Origin: Minisyncoccota bacterium | GTDB taxonomy: Bacteria > Patescibacteriota > Minisyncoccia > Phycocordibacterales > GCA-2401445 | Direction of reading: 5' to 3' | Length of the DNA stretch: 64,000 nucleotides | Assembly (NCBI GenBank): GCA_040879725.1 | Contig: JBBDJV010000015.1 | Coordinates: 32,127-96,126, forward strand | In this document: in pieces, positions 12,601 through 19,756 of the stretch | Layout of the letters: the number at the start of each line of letters is the position of its first letter | How positions within the stretch are numbered: position 1 is the first letter of the stretch | Program-made: the position numbers and the translations under genes | The notes under the pieces: generated by a model | The model's input: the letters and a program-made list of their open reading frames with translations, nothing else | Database searches by the model: none | What the model was told of the DNA's origin: nothing

Positions 12601-15600
12601 CTACTACAGTAACCGGTGGAAGTTTGCAGATTATCGGAACATCAGATGCTACGACGACTATAGATAGGCAGAGTACGGGGAATTACGGTATTGAGATAGA
12701 AGGTGGTACGTTCACGGCTTCTTACTATAGTTTTGAAAATATGGGTTCTCGCGGACTTGGGTTTAGCGGAACACCGACAGTAACAAATATTTCAGATGGA
12801 GATTTTGAGTTGGGACTCGAAGGACAGACGCTCATAACGGTAGACGCAAGTGTTATTGATGCAAATCCAACTAAAACATTCAGTAGAAATCGTTTTGCTA
12901 CAGCAGGTTCTGTTACGAGTGGAATAAACGTTACTGTGGAGGGAACGTCCGTAAGTTCGTGGAGGTTTAGTGACCACTATGGTGATTTGGACGGTGAAGC
13001 AAATGACAGCGATCCAGGCGGTGATCCAGGATATGTTATTTGGGATGATAGCGCGGGAGATATTACTGTATCTGGTGTTGTGTATCAGAACGATAGAGTT
13101 ACTCCTGCTGGTGGAGCAGTGTGTGATGGAACAACGAATGTCGTTCGGCTTTTGGTGGAGGGAGCGGGTAGCTACTTCGTGCCGTGTGCTTCAGGAACAG
13201 GAGTATACACAATACCAAGTGTAACTTTCTTACCGAGCGATGTCTTCACGGTATTTCTTGATAATGCATCCGAAGATGCTGTAGCGGTAACGTACGGAGC
13301 ACTTACCAGTATTGCAAATATGCACCTTTATACAGATCACGTAATAGTGCGTCACGAAGGAGTAGACCCGATTACCATAAGTGAACTTGCGGTATATGAT
13401 GGAGGTGATGATGCGGATATTCCGTATACAACAACCCTAACTCCCGACACACTTTCTACTGGAGCGGGTACCGCTCTCTATGTATGGCAAGGAAAAACAT
13501 TTACTCCGGGAGGAGATGTGACGGTTACGGGAAATGGTACAACCAATGAGTATGACGGTACGCTGTATGTGTGGCAGAATGCAAATTTTGTTGCCGAAGG
13601 CAGTGAGTATTTCACTATCGGAGGAAGCTTGATTGCGAGCTCGAGCGCGGTTATTACCAGTGCTAGTTCAGATTTTGACTTTACTTCAACCGCTACCGGA
13701 AAAGTGGTACGCACAAACAGCTCGCCACTAGCTTCAGTTACATTCTCAGGTAGTGGAGGCGCGTGGTCCTTCCCCGAAACAACCGTTTCAGTGGAAGATG
13801 ATTTTACCATTACTGCTGGATCGGTAAGTCTTCCTGTGGGCACAACGACAGTTGCCGGATCATTTATAAATAATGGAGGAACCTTCACGCATAATAGTGG
13901 AACAGTGCAGTTAAATGGAACAGAAGTTGGTAATTCAATTCAAGTTGGTGGATCAGACTTCTATAACCTAACAATCGGAGGTACGGGTTCTTGGACATTC
14001 CTTGATACCAATGCAACCACAACAAATCAACTTCGCTTTGAGTATGGCTCAACAACGCTTCCGTCAGGGGTACTTACTGTGGGCGCTACACTTACTTCTG
14101 TAAATGGAACCTTTAATCACAACAACGGAGATGTGAAATTTATTTCTACCAGTTCAGGTAATGTTATTACCCAAAAAGGCTCAGGATTTGGCGGAATAAC
14201 TTTCGATGGTACTGGAGGATCTTGGTCATTTGCACAAAGTGTCGCTACTACTACCAAGGACTTCGCTATTGTAAACGGTTCGGTTGCATTACCGACAGAC
14301 ACGCTTCGGGTCGGAGGTTCGTTTATTAACGAAGGTTCATTCAGTCACAGTACCGGTACGGTGTTAATGAATTCCGCACTTACGGGAGAGGTAATAACTC
14401 CGGGAAGTGATCCATTCCATAACCTAACAATACAAAACAGCGCAGGGGGATGGACGCTTACCGGTTCAGCTACCACAACAAATAACTTTAACCTTTCTAC
14501 CAGCACAAGCTTTACTCTTGTTCCGGGTTCAACCTTGAATGTCGGGGGTTCATTTACAAATACCTCGGGCGGTGCGGGAACTTCGTGGGACGGAACGACG
14601 ATAAACCTTACTGGAGGCAATAGTTATTCAATAAATGGACGATTAAGCTCCGGAGATGAATACAATACTCTGGTAGTATCTACAACAACAAAAGCTCGCC
14701 TCTGGTCCTCATCCGCAGGAACCACCACTGTCGCAAGTACCGCATCACTCTACTCACAAGACCACGCAGGAGTAGACGGTGACCTCTACATCTGGGGAGA
14801 CTATCGCCGAACTACCGGTAATGACTACTGGAGCTATGCTACTGACTTTGACGGAACCGCACTTACCGGAGGAAGTGAACGACAAGTAAACGTACGCTTT
14901 GCTCCAAATGCTTCTACTACAGTAACCGGTGGAAGTTTGCAGATTATCGGAGCATCAGATGCTACGACGACTATAGATAGGCAGAGTACGGGCACGTATG
15001 GTCTTTCTGTGCTCGGAGGAACAGTAAATGTAGATAGATATCAGATAAGAAATATTGATGAATTGGGATTGTATATTTCTGGACAACCTACCGTTACCAG
15101 TCTTTCAAATGGAGATTATGAGCTCGATAAAGAGGGTGGTTCAATGATTACTGTTTCTTCCACAACGATTGATTTCAACCCATCGCTCTTTATTGGTGGT
15201 GCAAAATTTGCAACATCTACTGGAATAACAAGTGGATTCAACGTGACGTTGCTGGGAACACCAATAAATGCGTGGACTTTTACTGGGCATAGCGGAAATT
15301 ACGATGGAGAAGCATATGACAGTGATGGTGGAGATGCATGTGGAAAAATACGATGGAGTGACAGTGTGTGTCTCTTTGTAAGTCAAGAAAGCTATAGATT
15401 TAGAAATGATGACGGAGGGGAAGGGGTCCCTAATGACGAGTGGTACCATTCAGATTGGGATAAACGTATGAGAATTGCGATTACAAACGCTTCCACTTCA
15501 GCGCTCACAAATCAACAAGTAAAAATTGAGTTACCAAAGGCCACTGATATGCAAAGTGATTACGGAGACCTTCGGTTTACCGACAACTCAGGAACAACGA

Positions 15601-17660
15601 CAATTGATTATTGGATTGAAAGTTACACAACAGCAACTTCAACTGTGTGGGTAAAAGTTCCAAATCTCCCAGCAGAAGAAACCACTGGTATATACGTGTA
15701 CTATGACACTGTAGCAACACTCGATACTGATGGGGTAGCCACATCAACATTGATCGTATACGACGGTTTTGAGGATAACAATATAAGTGAGTATTCAGGG
15801 GACACTAGTATGTTTTCTGTATCGACAGGTTTTGATTTTGAGGGAACCTATGGACTTACATCTTCTTCAGGAAATGAAGACCAAAGAACAACAGATGGTA
15901 TTTACCGCACAGGTACAGGAAGTACCGTTTCGCAAGGAGAAACGATACATTTTGCACAATATATTGATACCTCGCTCGGTTTTCAGGATGAACCGTGTAT
16001 GGTGTTTGGTGTGCAAACACCGGGGTCAAATAATGAAAACTATGCAGTGTGTTTGGATGTATTTGGAGATTCTGTTGTTATTTCAAAAGATGTTTCTTCA
16101 AATGATGGTTCAGGAACAATACTGGCAAGCGATACTTCGGTAGGATTTTCAAGTGGGTGGTATGAAGTTGAGATTGACTGGCTCACAAGCGGAGTAATTA
16201 ATGTTGCTGTATACGATGATTCCGGTGCGCTCTTTTCTGAAGTAAGTACCACGGATTCAAGTTATAGTTCCGGAGGGTATGGATTTGGTTTTTGGATTCA
16301 GTACGGAGGATGGGATTATGTAAGTTCTTGGAAATATACTGAAGTTGTGCCGACGTATACGATTGGTATTGAACAAGTGGGTGAAGGTGCAACGTGGAGT
16401 AGTGCCGAAAACAGCCCTCTTGCGGGGCAGTCAGTAGGTGAAGATATGCGACTTCGATTCCTTGTTCAAAACTCAGGTCCGGAAATTACTGATCAAAACT
16501 TTAGATTACAAGTTGCATCAAAGGAGGGGTATGGTAGCTGTTCGTCTGTACCATACGGAAGCTTCAGTGATGTTCCTGTAAGTGGAAGTTGTGGATCCTC
16601 AGTTGCGTGTATGTCTACATCAAGTCAGGTGGTTAATAGTGCTTTAACCACACAACTGCTCTCTGTTCCTGATAGCGTGACTTTTACGCAAGGTCGTTTT
16701 GTTGAAAGTCCTTCAAACCAAACGTCAAACATTGATATCGGAACTAATCTCTATACTGAAGTTGAATATATATTTGATCTGACAAATTACGCCGTAGATT
16801 CCGCATACTGTTTGAGAACGACAGATTCTGGAACACCACTTGATAACTACGCGAATATTGCAGAGGTAAGTTTGATCCATGCCCCGACAATCACAAACTT
16901 TAACCTAAATGATAATCAGAATATTGAACTCTCAGTTGGGGCATCTACAACCATTTATGCGACAGGAACAGTAATTGACCTAAACGGATATGAAGATTTA
17001 GTGTACGCAACATCAAGTATTTATCGAACCGGTGTGGGGGCAACGTGTACTCCTGATGACAATTCATGTTATCAGGTTGCAAGTACGTCTTGTTCATTTG
17101 TAAATTGTTCTGGAAACAGCTGTGACGTGATATGTAGCGCTGACATTGCTTTCTTTGCGGATCCAACCGATGGTGGAGTGTTTGAGGCGGAAGAGTGGGA
17201 AGCTGAAATAACGGTGGTGGACCAAGGTGAGATTAGAGATACTGGTATTACCATGGGTGTTGAAATGGGAACACTTCGAGCACTTACTGTCGAAAATGAA
17301 ATTGATTACGGAACACTCGAAGTGGCAAGTAACACAGGAGATGCCAATGCAACAAGTACGGTAATTAATAAAGGAAATGACACTATTGATGTAAATCTGT
17401 ATGGTACTGACTTGGTGGGAGGTGCTAGTACGATTTCGGTAAATAATCAAAAGTTTGCAACGTCAACATTCTCATATAGTGCTTGTACTATTTGTCCATT
17501 TCTTGATAGTTCTCCTGTTCCTGCAGGTATTGATTTGAGTAAACCGACAACTACGGTGCCCGTAATGACTGAAATTTACTGGGGGTTGAATGTACCAATA
17601 GGTACCGCGGGTGTACCTCACTTTGGACAAACGACATTTGAAGCTACAGGAAGTGAGTAG
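696..17660 (+). CDS. Giant (5654 aa) secreted multidomain surface protein/adhesin
   Basis: N-terminal hydrophobic signal (alternative ATG at 711) and an acidic/Thr-rich linker. DUF5011-like Ig repeat (APTLTVLGNNP...TYSVVDQAGN), tail-collar-like repeats, FN3-like modules (TYWWRVRA x2), WNGSSW propeller-like repeats and three long beta-helix-like repeats. DUF2341-like segment (DLRFTDNSGTTTIDYWIES) and a Cys-containing C-terminal domain. Confidence 0.85.
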   Translation: MDVFEMRLINLLKKDIWVVGSLLLIVLVVSGNTYLKNVYADPVIEDSVYLLPTKVESVGWNNVSTVGVQEISSDGTLGAFNKSNSAFVIFKNGEYAKEEAVIPVRETGVPKAEKIDVGETKETEGQEKLDNEESIQDFIATTTATTTTDKSVSTSTPVAESLEPENEELEGEGEEEQSTTTDSVENHNVSEEVSEEVDSEETSTSSEEVNLDTQQEINEEENNSAVEEESTDSVENENNASSSAPVTRFLNAIKRAVFSLVPSFVFADEVSTTTETSTPKVSSTTVPVEEVSSTTSVTTTPQIVTSEEEKQATEKEIEEKQVAVPSKPSEDEVIDTEAPTLTVLGNNPAVLAIGSTYNDLGVTVSDNINNNLGFKTSVDGVEVSVVSLDTKSEGVYEITYSVVDQAGNTGTAKRMVYVGIEPEEKIVSEAENETILDTFTCDNSEACTTNVLEVSGFGVGGEVFGEGLIDTAQLRISMGSNIAHSKTNELPLKLEIEYFYNESWFSAGSIVLDEEVSNAINGGYFLYALPFFESWAEFADFKVRIRYDHNKELEGGVYIDSIWIEAFSGEGINKEEFGLTKEEKKRAEIEKGMKKPKLHSVIKGKPAFEIDENPEFEFEYELQRSNISRFFRGLFKDDPDYRVSSVEIKTASGQDIDLPISLRYGGGERWGFSVEKNNESLHPGKYEVSITIHEGSKSFTDSFEFYWGVLTVNTNKSIYSPQETALFSMAALTDNGHTMCDAILRLVVVDPDQSETVVPVEKSGLCDGNNVIDVPDYFGEMQLAGVGEYQVSLERYNEEGGLVIQTNDIFEVRDYVPFDVEREGPTRIYPPAPYVMSISFRANEAFDGVITETVPKGFIIEESEGANVVVKEDVVEISWPVSVRAGERILKTYRFDAPDISPYIYETGPLVFKKEIATTSFQEMSTSSPLCSEGFCEEEITEEVVFQEIRTWKIASDAVGRMLILWDGGAAPAGWECVSCTGGDPFYQRFIRGGATYGGTGGSATHTHTASVSVGGPSATTGQTPGGSTVSGSGHTHTFTPTVSSASNLPEYRQLRVLRSTSAGTPATLPAGAIVFFTDTVPTEWTRYSAQDGRFVRGESGVGTTGGANTHSHTITGTTGAASGDTYGTQNGQTRADVAQVNHTHSVSGSTDSVSNTPPYIETILGKIDADGSLPIGMLAMWDEDVPVGWNHKSESGDPFFERFILPSATYGTIGGNITHSHANQNIVSGGPAQTTTARAGGNVSSSDHTHTISLTSYSSPSHLPPYINVVIAEFLGTDPVFTQAQFRWYTNANVETPTDAWPQGSTLNLNENEPITATSTPVSPDDVVRLRMAVGVGNATSTAGSVNFKLQYGQGSVCSAVTTWSDVGEISSSTPWIGYDNTSVLDGVELSSTTLSLSNVFGSYEEENNSTTTPNDISVGEYVEYDWVIQHNNATSGVPYCFRMVEGDGTQFFTYTSYPKLQTNSAPNTPTLDRLFDNEKIASTSPHFWFDAEDDEGDALYYQIQVDEDFAFGSVLIDNNSQSHGDQFTNLINPSQKEPYTEGNTVQFIPSSSLSNNTTYWWRVRAWDPNGSEDYGEWSEPQSFTTDSNIVESTWFQTTDEQFDTNTLNGVRTLGTDAVELNVGSSTGSMYSTFIDFSDGTYGNIWEEFSFNDAETTGSISYQVEYQTDEGAELVPDSILPGNSTGFGTSPVNLSGVDPEVYDNLRLVANFTNSGGSPQLLDWTLKWGTKIDTPTLLLPFANERFPTTTPTFTFTTTDQQSDDLQYEVSWSTVYDFTSSTTRNSSLHAGFANTEDSGDSDPFTSGDTIRFTIQPADALTASTTYWWRVRAKDPSGGNAFSDWSEPRSFTHNYLDVVSTWFQTTDEQFNTNILSGTRSTGSDSLTVATTSNEAMIVYGEGAVTTPQFRIWNGSSWSSESSALSVDSQINWVAVKEAPTREEYVLGTLGLDSDVNVQVYSEGIWDNLLEVTASISNADKRGFDITYESISGDAMVVSCDGDSNPTYYTWNGSSWSSPGTITTSTGSSCEWIRLASNPVSDEIIMVTLPGGGGQYEAQVWNGSAWGNAVVWGGMSEAHEGIGVAYQPNGALAVVTVNNDGSTPPNRMSSRTWNGSFWSGTTDTNVGYFEQGTLVADDGTNNMNLCFVNDATTVQGLPWTGTAWGTQTQLDATAHAKNDRPVDCVYETTSGRDGNVLTAYSDTTSARYSVLSGGTWSAEASISTISRSATVQLERVGDGLILGTFFDHVNERYDFSYWNGSAWSTAQTLENTPSVSSAPFKEPFMMAARGPATSGTVAVSPGIVFSDGTGPYWGELSFSNTTPGASGVLYQVQYATATTYELIPDVDLTGNSTGFTTSPVDLTGLDITTYDTIRVRATLTCDGSDCPTLDDWTVTWAEGATVSGTIAEHDETTAVTEGTVAVAVNGVLQTGKTGEIQGDGTWSITNVTAFVDDIITVFVSGATSENKAVAVTKYDGVGDITGIELHERHLTFGSDDTSPVITNSDLGLFDIAVGGSDVFFDVDASNNLVATSTGGGFDDVVVYVTSGTTYRPDSTSSGNVSTHDIAILGTIMADGNTISLSGSWRNSSTFSEGTSHVVFTALSGSESIDSTGASASNFYRVTFGQTSGTATWLLSTPLVVTNNTAVNYGTLSPGSQTLSLGGNLAIGSSGLFTKGTATTTFNGTGSSVWSDASSLKQDMGIVVIDGTSKTVTLGSNVQATDIVIGANDTFDITTGNYSIGVNGSWTNNNTFLSRQGEVNFTGSSFGVSILPGSSSFYNLSFGGSGSWTFGSTNITVVNDFSISNGFVTLPSGTTTISGSFLATASGSFAGNTGTVLFTGSSGSESISQNNSSFYNLVLNGSGSWSFSEQNATTTNNVQILSGTLTAPSGALAIGGSFTNAGTFTHNSGALRFYSSGDSKVVQPGLSSINDIIFDGSGGWVLSPSANITVSGDVSIISGTATSTAETLSVGGSWLVGPSGIFNHYDGTIAFNSSDTGETIASGNSPFGTVSFNNSNGGWAVTENATSSSGWNITDVSEFTVESGVVVAVGGDFSNDVGGAETTWTGSTLVLNSNTPFSINDKSTGSDEYASIVLNSGTKVSMWNSSATAVSANSDSYLYSQDHAGVDGNLYIWGEYVRSSGVEHWSHATDFDGTSLSGSERAVSVLFDSGASAEINNSTLSIVGGVGATTTINNQGSGAYSLSVVNSTTTAQYYAFRNLDSSGFVLTGETSVTSLSNGDFELSADGGSLVTLSAETIDENPTLQISRVRFATSTGITSGFNVTATGTPTSYWWYRNHYGNYAGEAFDNDPGDNPGNIRWDDSNLSITVSGIVYYSDRATTMGSPVCDGSTNTVRVDVQGGTGGSAPCNATTGEFSIEGVSLSGDGIVTTYLDTNGGSRAVAISKTPTADITNLGLYESWLTIRNEDVNSVSISDLVAFDSSGDSDVFFSANEGSPDTLVLEDGFGLYVEEGKSFSPNGNITLVSGSTDFVAGTFELGTSSLLTFNDGEDHAVGGSFIVGTNATATVASSSLTFTATTSGKTITPNGSSLYDVAFTGVGGEWELSTSSITGDFVVTAGTVVGTSDVLVTSGSITGNGVLAFTDGAVTLQKAGNFGGSENWTFANLVFGDGTTNATTTKIGANNILVENQLTIDTNHVLLAGDDEWELGGSGTPFVISGDFDAETSTVTYSGTSATTVTAEEYNALTLAPSGAGSPNYTLASGSFILNTLVVGDGVNTVSVNANTTDPLVNVNGDVTINSNATYVSSNSSLLSVGGSWTNNGAFTHSNGTVLFNSSDTGEIVSSGNSAFGNLLFSNVSGGWAISGNATTSGNLILASSTSFTLSPGSTLSVGGMFENQLDGGVTTWDGTTLVLEGAVGYSVNSATSTGDTYNTLVIDENTDVRLWSSSAGTTTVASTASLYSQDHAGVDGDLYIWGDYRRTTGNDYWSYATDFDGTALTGGSERQVNVRFAPNASTTVTGGSLQIIGTSDATTTIDRQSTGNYGIEIEGGTFTASYYSFENMGSRGLGFSGTPTVTNISDGDFELGLEGQTLITVDASVIDANPTKTFSRNRFATAGSVTSGINVTVEGTSVSSWRFSDHYGDLDGEANDSDPGGDPGYVIWDDSAGDITVSGVVYQNDRVTPAGGAVCDGTTNVVRLLVEGAGSYFVPCASGTGVYTIPSVTFLPSDVFTVFLDNASEDAVAVTYGALTSIANMHLYTDHVIVRHEGVDPITISELAVYDGGDDADIPYTTTLTPDTLSTGAGTALYVWQGKTFTPGGDVTVTGNGTTNEYDGTLYVWQNANFVAEGSEYFTIGGSLIASSSAVITSASSDFDFTSTATGKVVRTNSSPLASVTFSGSGGAWSFPETTVSVEDDFTITAGSVSLPVGTTTVAGSFINNGGTFTHNSGTVQLNGTEVGNSIQVGGSDFYNLTIGGTGSWTFLDTNATTTNQLRFEYGSTTLPSGVLTVGATLTSVNGTFNHNNGDVKFISTSSGNVITQKGSGFGGITFDGTGGSWSFAQSVATTTKDFAIVNGSVALPTDTLRVGGSFINEGSFSHSTGTVLMNSALTGEVITPGSDPFHNLTIQNSAGGWTLTGSATTTNNFNLSTSTSFTLVPGSTLNVGGSFTNTSGGAGTSWDGTTINLTGGNSYSINGRLSSGDEYNTLVVSTTTKARLWSSSAGTTTVASTASLYSQDHAGVDGDLYIWGDYRRTTGNDYWSYATDFDGTALTGGSERQVNVRFAPNASTTVTGGSLQIIGASDATTTIDRQSTGTYGLSVLGGTVNVDRYQIRNIDELGLYISGQPTVTSLSNGDYELDKEGGSMITVSSTTIDFNPSLFIGGAKFATSTGITSGFNVTLLGTPINAWTFTGHSGNYDGEAYDSDGGDACGKIRWSDSVCLFVSQESYRFRNDDGGEGVPNDEWYHSDWDKRMRIAITNASTSALTNQQVKIELPKATDMQSDYGDLRFTDNSGTTTIDYWIESYTTATSTVWVKVPNLPAEETTGIYVYYDTVATLDTDGVATSTLIVYDGFEDNNISEYSGDTSMFSVSTGFDFEGTYGLTSSSGNEDQRTTDGIYRTGTGSTVSQGETIHFAQYIDTSLGFQDEPCMVFGVQTPGSNNENYAVCLDVFGDSVVISKDVSSNDGSGTILASDTSVGFSSGWYEVEIDWLTSGVINVAVYDDSGALFSEVSTTDSSYSSGGYGFGFWIQYGGWDYVSSWKYTEVVPTYTIGIEQVGEGATWSSAENSPLAGQSVGEDMRLRFLVQNSGPEITDQNFRLQVASKEGYGSCSSVPYGSFSDVPVSGSCGSSVACMSTSSQVVNSALTTQLLSVPDSVTFTQGRFVESPSNQTSNIDIGTNLYTEVEYIFDLTNYAVDSAYCLRTTDSGTPLDNYANIAEVSLIHAPTITNFNLNDNQNIELSVGASTTIYATGTVIDLNGYEDLVYATSSIYRTGVGATCTPDDNSCYQVASTSCSFVNCSGNSCDVICSADIAFFADPTDGGVFEAEEWEAEITVVDQGEIRDTGITMGVEMGTLRALTVENEIDYGTLEVASNTGDANATSTVINKGNDTIDVNLYGTDLVGGASTISVNNQKFATSTFSYSACTICPFLDSSPVPAGIDLSKPTTTVPVMTEIYWGLNVPIGTAGVPHFGQTTFEATGSE
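12384..12679 (+). repeat. 296-bp intragenic direct repeat, copy 1
   Basis: Identical to 14697..14992 except A12639 vs G14952; offset 2313 bp (in frame). Confidence 0.95.
14697..14992 (+). repeat. 296-bp intragenic direct repeat, copy 2
   Basis: Matches 12384..12679 at 295/296 positions by direct reading. Confidence 0.95.
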
Positions 17661-17677
17661 CTATAGTAGAGGAGGTA

Positions 17678-17705
17678 TTGACGATTACAGTCAGTGGTAT
17701 ACACT
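17678..17705 (+). promoter_or_regulatory. Putative sigma70 promoter for the attenuator leader
   Basis: TTGACG-16 nt-TACACT, ending 9 nt before the leader-peptide ATG at 17715. Confidence 0.55.
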
Positions 17706-17714
17706 AGATATATT

Positions 17715-17771
17715 ATGAATAGAGTAGGAAACATATTCTTTTTCTTTGCCTTTAGCCAGCACTCTGGTTGA
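17715..17771 (+). CDS. Putative Phe-rich leader peptide MNRVGNIFFFFAFSQHSG
   Basis: 18-codon ORF with 5 Phe in 6 codons, overlapping a segment complementary to the downstream terminator. Confidence 0.65.
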   Translation: MNRVGNIFFFFAFSQHSG

Positions 17772-17834
17772 GGTTTTGCTTGTTTCTGGAAATATTCTTG
17801 AAAAAAGCCAGCTCTCAACCAGAGCTGGCTTTTT
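17754..17834 (+). promoter_or_regulatory. Terminator/antiterminator attenuator
   Basis: Terminator AAAAAGCCAGCTCT-caacc-AGAGCTGGCTTTTT (17802-17834). Segment 17754-17772 pairs with 17814-17830 over 17 bp with a 2-nt bulge, which excludes the terminator. Confidence 0.75.
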
Positions 17835-17868
17835 AGTTCTTTACAACAAAATACAAATTATGCACGCT

Positions 17869-18057
17869 ATGACTACGCAAAGAAAACACAAACGAACACC
17901 GGGTGCTACATTCACGCTCAAAACTGATTTTGTTATTTCCTTCCACGAAGGTCGGAAAAAAATCACACGCACGTATTCCACCGGAACAAAAGGGAAGTTG
18001 GTAGCAACATCTTTTTCCCAAGGGTCTTGGTTCTTTGTTCTCATGATGCCCGACTGA
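17869..18057 (+). CDS. Small basic hypothetical protein downstream of the attenuator
   Basis: ORF MTTQRKHKRTPG... (alternative ATG 17860), flanked by the attenuator and a terminator; no recognisable family. Confidence 0.45.
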   Translation: MTTQRKHKRTPGATFTLKTDFVISFHEGRKKITRTYSTGTKGKLVATSFSQGSWFFVLMMPD

Positions 18058-18098
18058 AACGTCATTAACGTCAATGAGTGTAAGCTCATATAAACCAC

Positions 18099-18130
18099 AC
18101 CCCACTTAGACACGTTCAAGTGGGGTTTTT
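18099..18130 (+). terminator. Intrinsic terminator
   Basis: ACCCCACTT...AAGTGGGGT stem followed by a T run. Confidence 0.7.
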
Positions 18131-18249
18131 AATTAATGGCAAACAATACGTGGTTTTAAAATTTTCTTTATTCCTATAGAAATTTTTATCTACAACAGAG
18201 ACACAACTCTCACTACTCGCATGATATACTTTTAACGAGACTTGCCTCT

Positions 18250-19755
18250 ATGCATTTTTTACGTACCAACATTTTAGTTAAAATAACACTCTATACCTTT
18301 TTGATTGTGGGAGTAGGTGTATTTTCTTTCCATAAAGGAAGTTTGGCGCAGGTAAATAATCGTACTGCGCCTGTCATAACTGACATTTCTATCGCTGAAG
18401 TAAAAGAATCAGAGGTCCGTATTTTATGGGAAACCGATAAAGAGTCTGACTCAATGGTAAACTTCGGACTCGATAAGCGATATGGAATTATTCGTCTTCC
18501 TGGAACAAGTCGAACCGACCATGAGTTAACTATTGGAGAGTTGAAACCTTCAACCACATACCATTTTCGAGTTGTTTCTTCTGATGCATCCGGAAACCAA
18601 AGCATTTCTGGTGACTTTCAGTTTACTACGAAGGGAATAGTAGAAGTAGAAGATATTGAGCGGGTTGAATCTCGCGAACAGCGCGCGGTTGTTGAACAAG
18701 CGGTAGCGCAAATTGATGAAATTACCGATGTTGAAGCTCTTGATATTGTCATTCAAAAAATACAACAAGTTGCGTCAGGTATTACCGATGATTTAACTAT
18801 TATCGGAACACCAGATGTTGAACCTCGTACAACAACAGCAGTTGTGCGATGGGTAACAAACAGACCCTCTGATTCCACTGCATCATTTGTTTCCGAAGAT
18901 GACTACAATCCACAAAGTAGCAATCCATACACCTCTTCTCAGAGTAGCAATGATGAAAATGTTACGGACCACCAAGTTACTATTATTGGTCTTGAACCAT
19001 TTACTGTTTATCGTTTGCAAGTGTCATCACGTGATCAGTTTGGTATCGTGGGAAAAAGTAAGGAGATAACCTTTACTACAAAATCAGTATTGCCGAATAT
19101 TACCAATATTGATTTAGAGAAAATAGAAGAAACCTCAGCTACTATTGTGTGGAATACAACTGTCCCTGCTAAATCTCTTATTGATTATGAAAACTTAGAT
19201 ACTGGTGAAATTAAGTCACTCGGTAGTCCAAGTTTGGCGACAAGTCACTCGCTCCGTCTTTCAGACCTTACGCTTGGAACACAGTACCGCGCGATAATTA
19301 CCGCAGAAAATGCGGGAGGAGAAAGAGTAAGTAGTGATCCTATTACCTTCGTTACTATTATAGATGAAGAACCTCCAGTGATTTCAAAAGTAACAAACGA
19401 ATCAACGCTTTTCCCCGGTTCGGAGGCTAGAATTCAGACCATTATTAGCTGGGAAACCGATGAGCCTTCACTGTGTAATTTCTTCTATCACCAAGGGTTG
19501 GTTCCGGGAGTAGTTCCTGAACAAACATTGCCAAGAAAGGACGATAACTATAAACAGGAACATGTACAGGTTGTTGTAGACTTCGCCCCTTCAACCGTAT
19601 ACAAGTTTTGGGTAATGTGTGAGGATGCATCCGAAAATGAATCTCGTTCGGAAGACTTTGTATTGTTTACTCCCGAGAAGGAAAAAAATATTATTGATAT
19701 AATTCTTGAGAACTTCGAAGGAACGTTCGGTTGGGTTCAGGATATCGGAGCTTAA
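18250..19755 (+). CDS. Secreted fibronectin type III repeat protein
   Basis: Signal peptide; four FN3-like repeats (I.W.T....S...LKPSTTYHFRVVSSD, LEPFTVYRLQVSSRD, LTLGTQYRA, FAPSTVYKF). Confidence 0.8.
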   Translation: MHFLRTNILVKITLYTFLIVGVGVFSFHKGSLAQVNNRTAPVITDISIAEVKESEVRILWETDKESDSMVNFGLDKRYGIIRLPGTSRTDHELTIGELKPSTTYHFRVVSSDASGNQSISGDFQFTTKGIVEVEDIERVESREQRAVVEQAVAQIDEITDVEALDIVIQKIQQVASGITDDLTIIGTPDVEPRTTTAVVRWVTNRPSDSTASFVSEDDYNPQSSNPYTSSQSSNDENVTDHQVTIIGLEPFTVYRLQVSSRDQFGIVGKSKEITFTTKSVLPNITNIDLEKIEETSATIVWNTTVPAKSLIDYENLDTGEIKSLGSPSLATSHSLRLSDLTLGTQYRAIITAENAGGERVSSDPITFVTIIDEEPPVISKVTNESTLFPGSEARIQTIISWETDEPSLCNFFYHQGLVPGVVPEQTLPRKDDNYKQEHVQVVVDFAPSTVYKFWVMCEDASENESRSEDFVLFTPEKEKNIIDIILENFEGTFGWVQDIGA

Positions 19756-19756
19756 T

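Noticed and set aside
12384-14992. 296-bp repeat pair as a DGR TR/VR pair
   Set aside because: Only one mismatch, both copies are in-frame mid-gene, they are not AAC-rich, and there is no reverse transcriptase in the window.
794-17450. Numerous minus-strand and alternate-frame ORFs inside the giant gene
   Set aside because: Shadow ORFs with mirrored Val/Pro/Ser composition and no independent signals.
17746-17859. 5' extension of the 17746..18057 ORF from the ORF track
   Set aside because: The TTG start runs through the attenuator and terminator; ATG 17860 or 17869 is more plausible.
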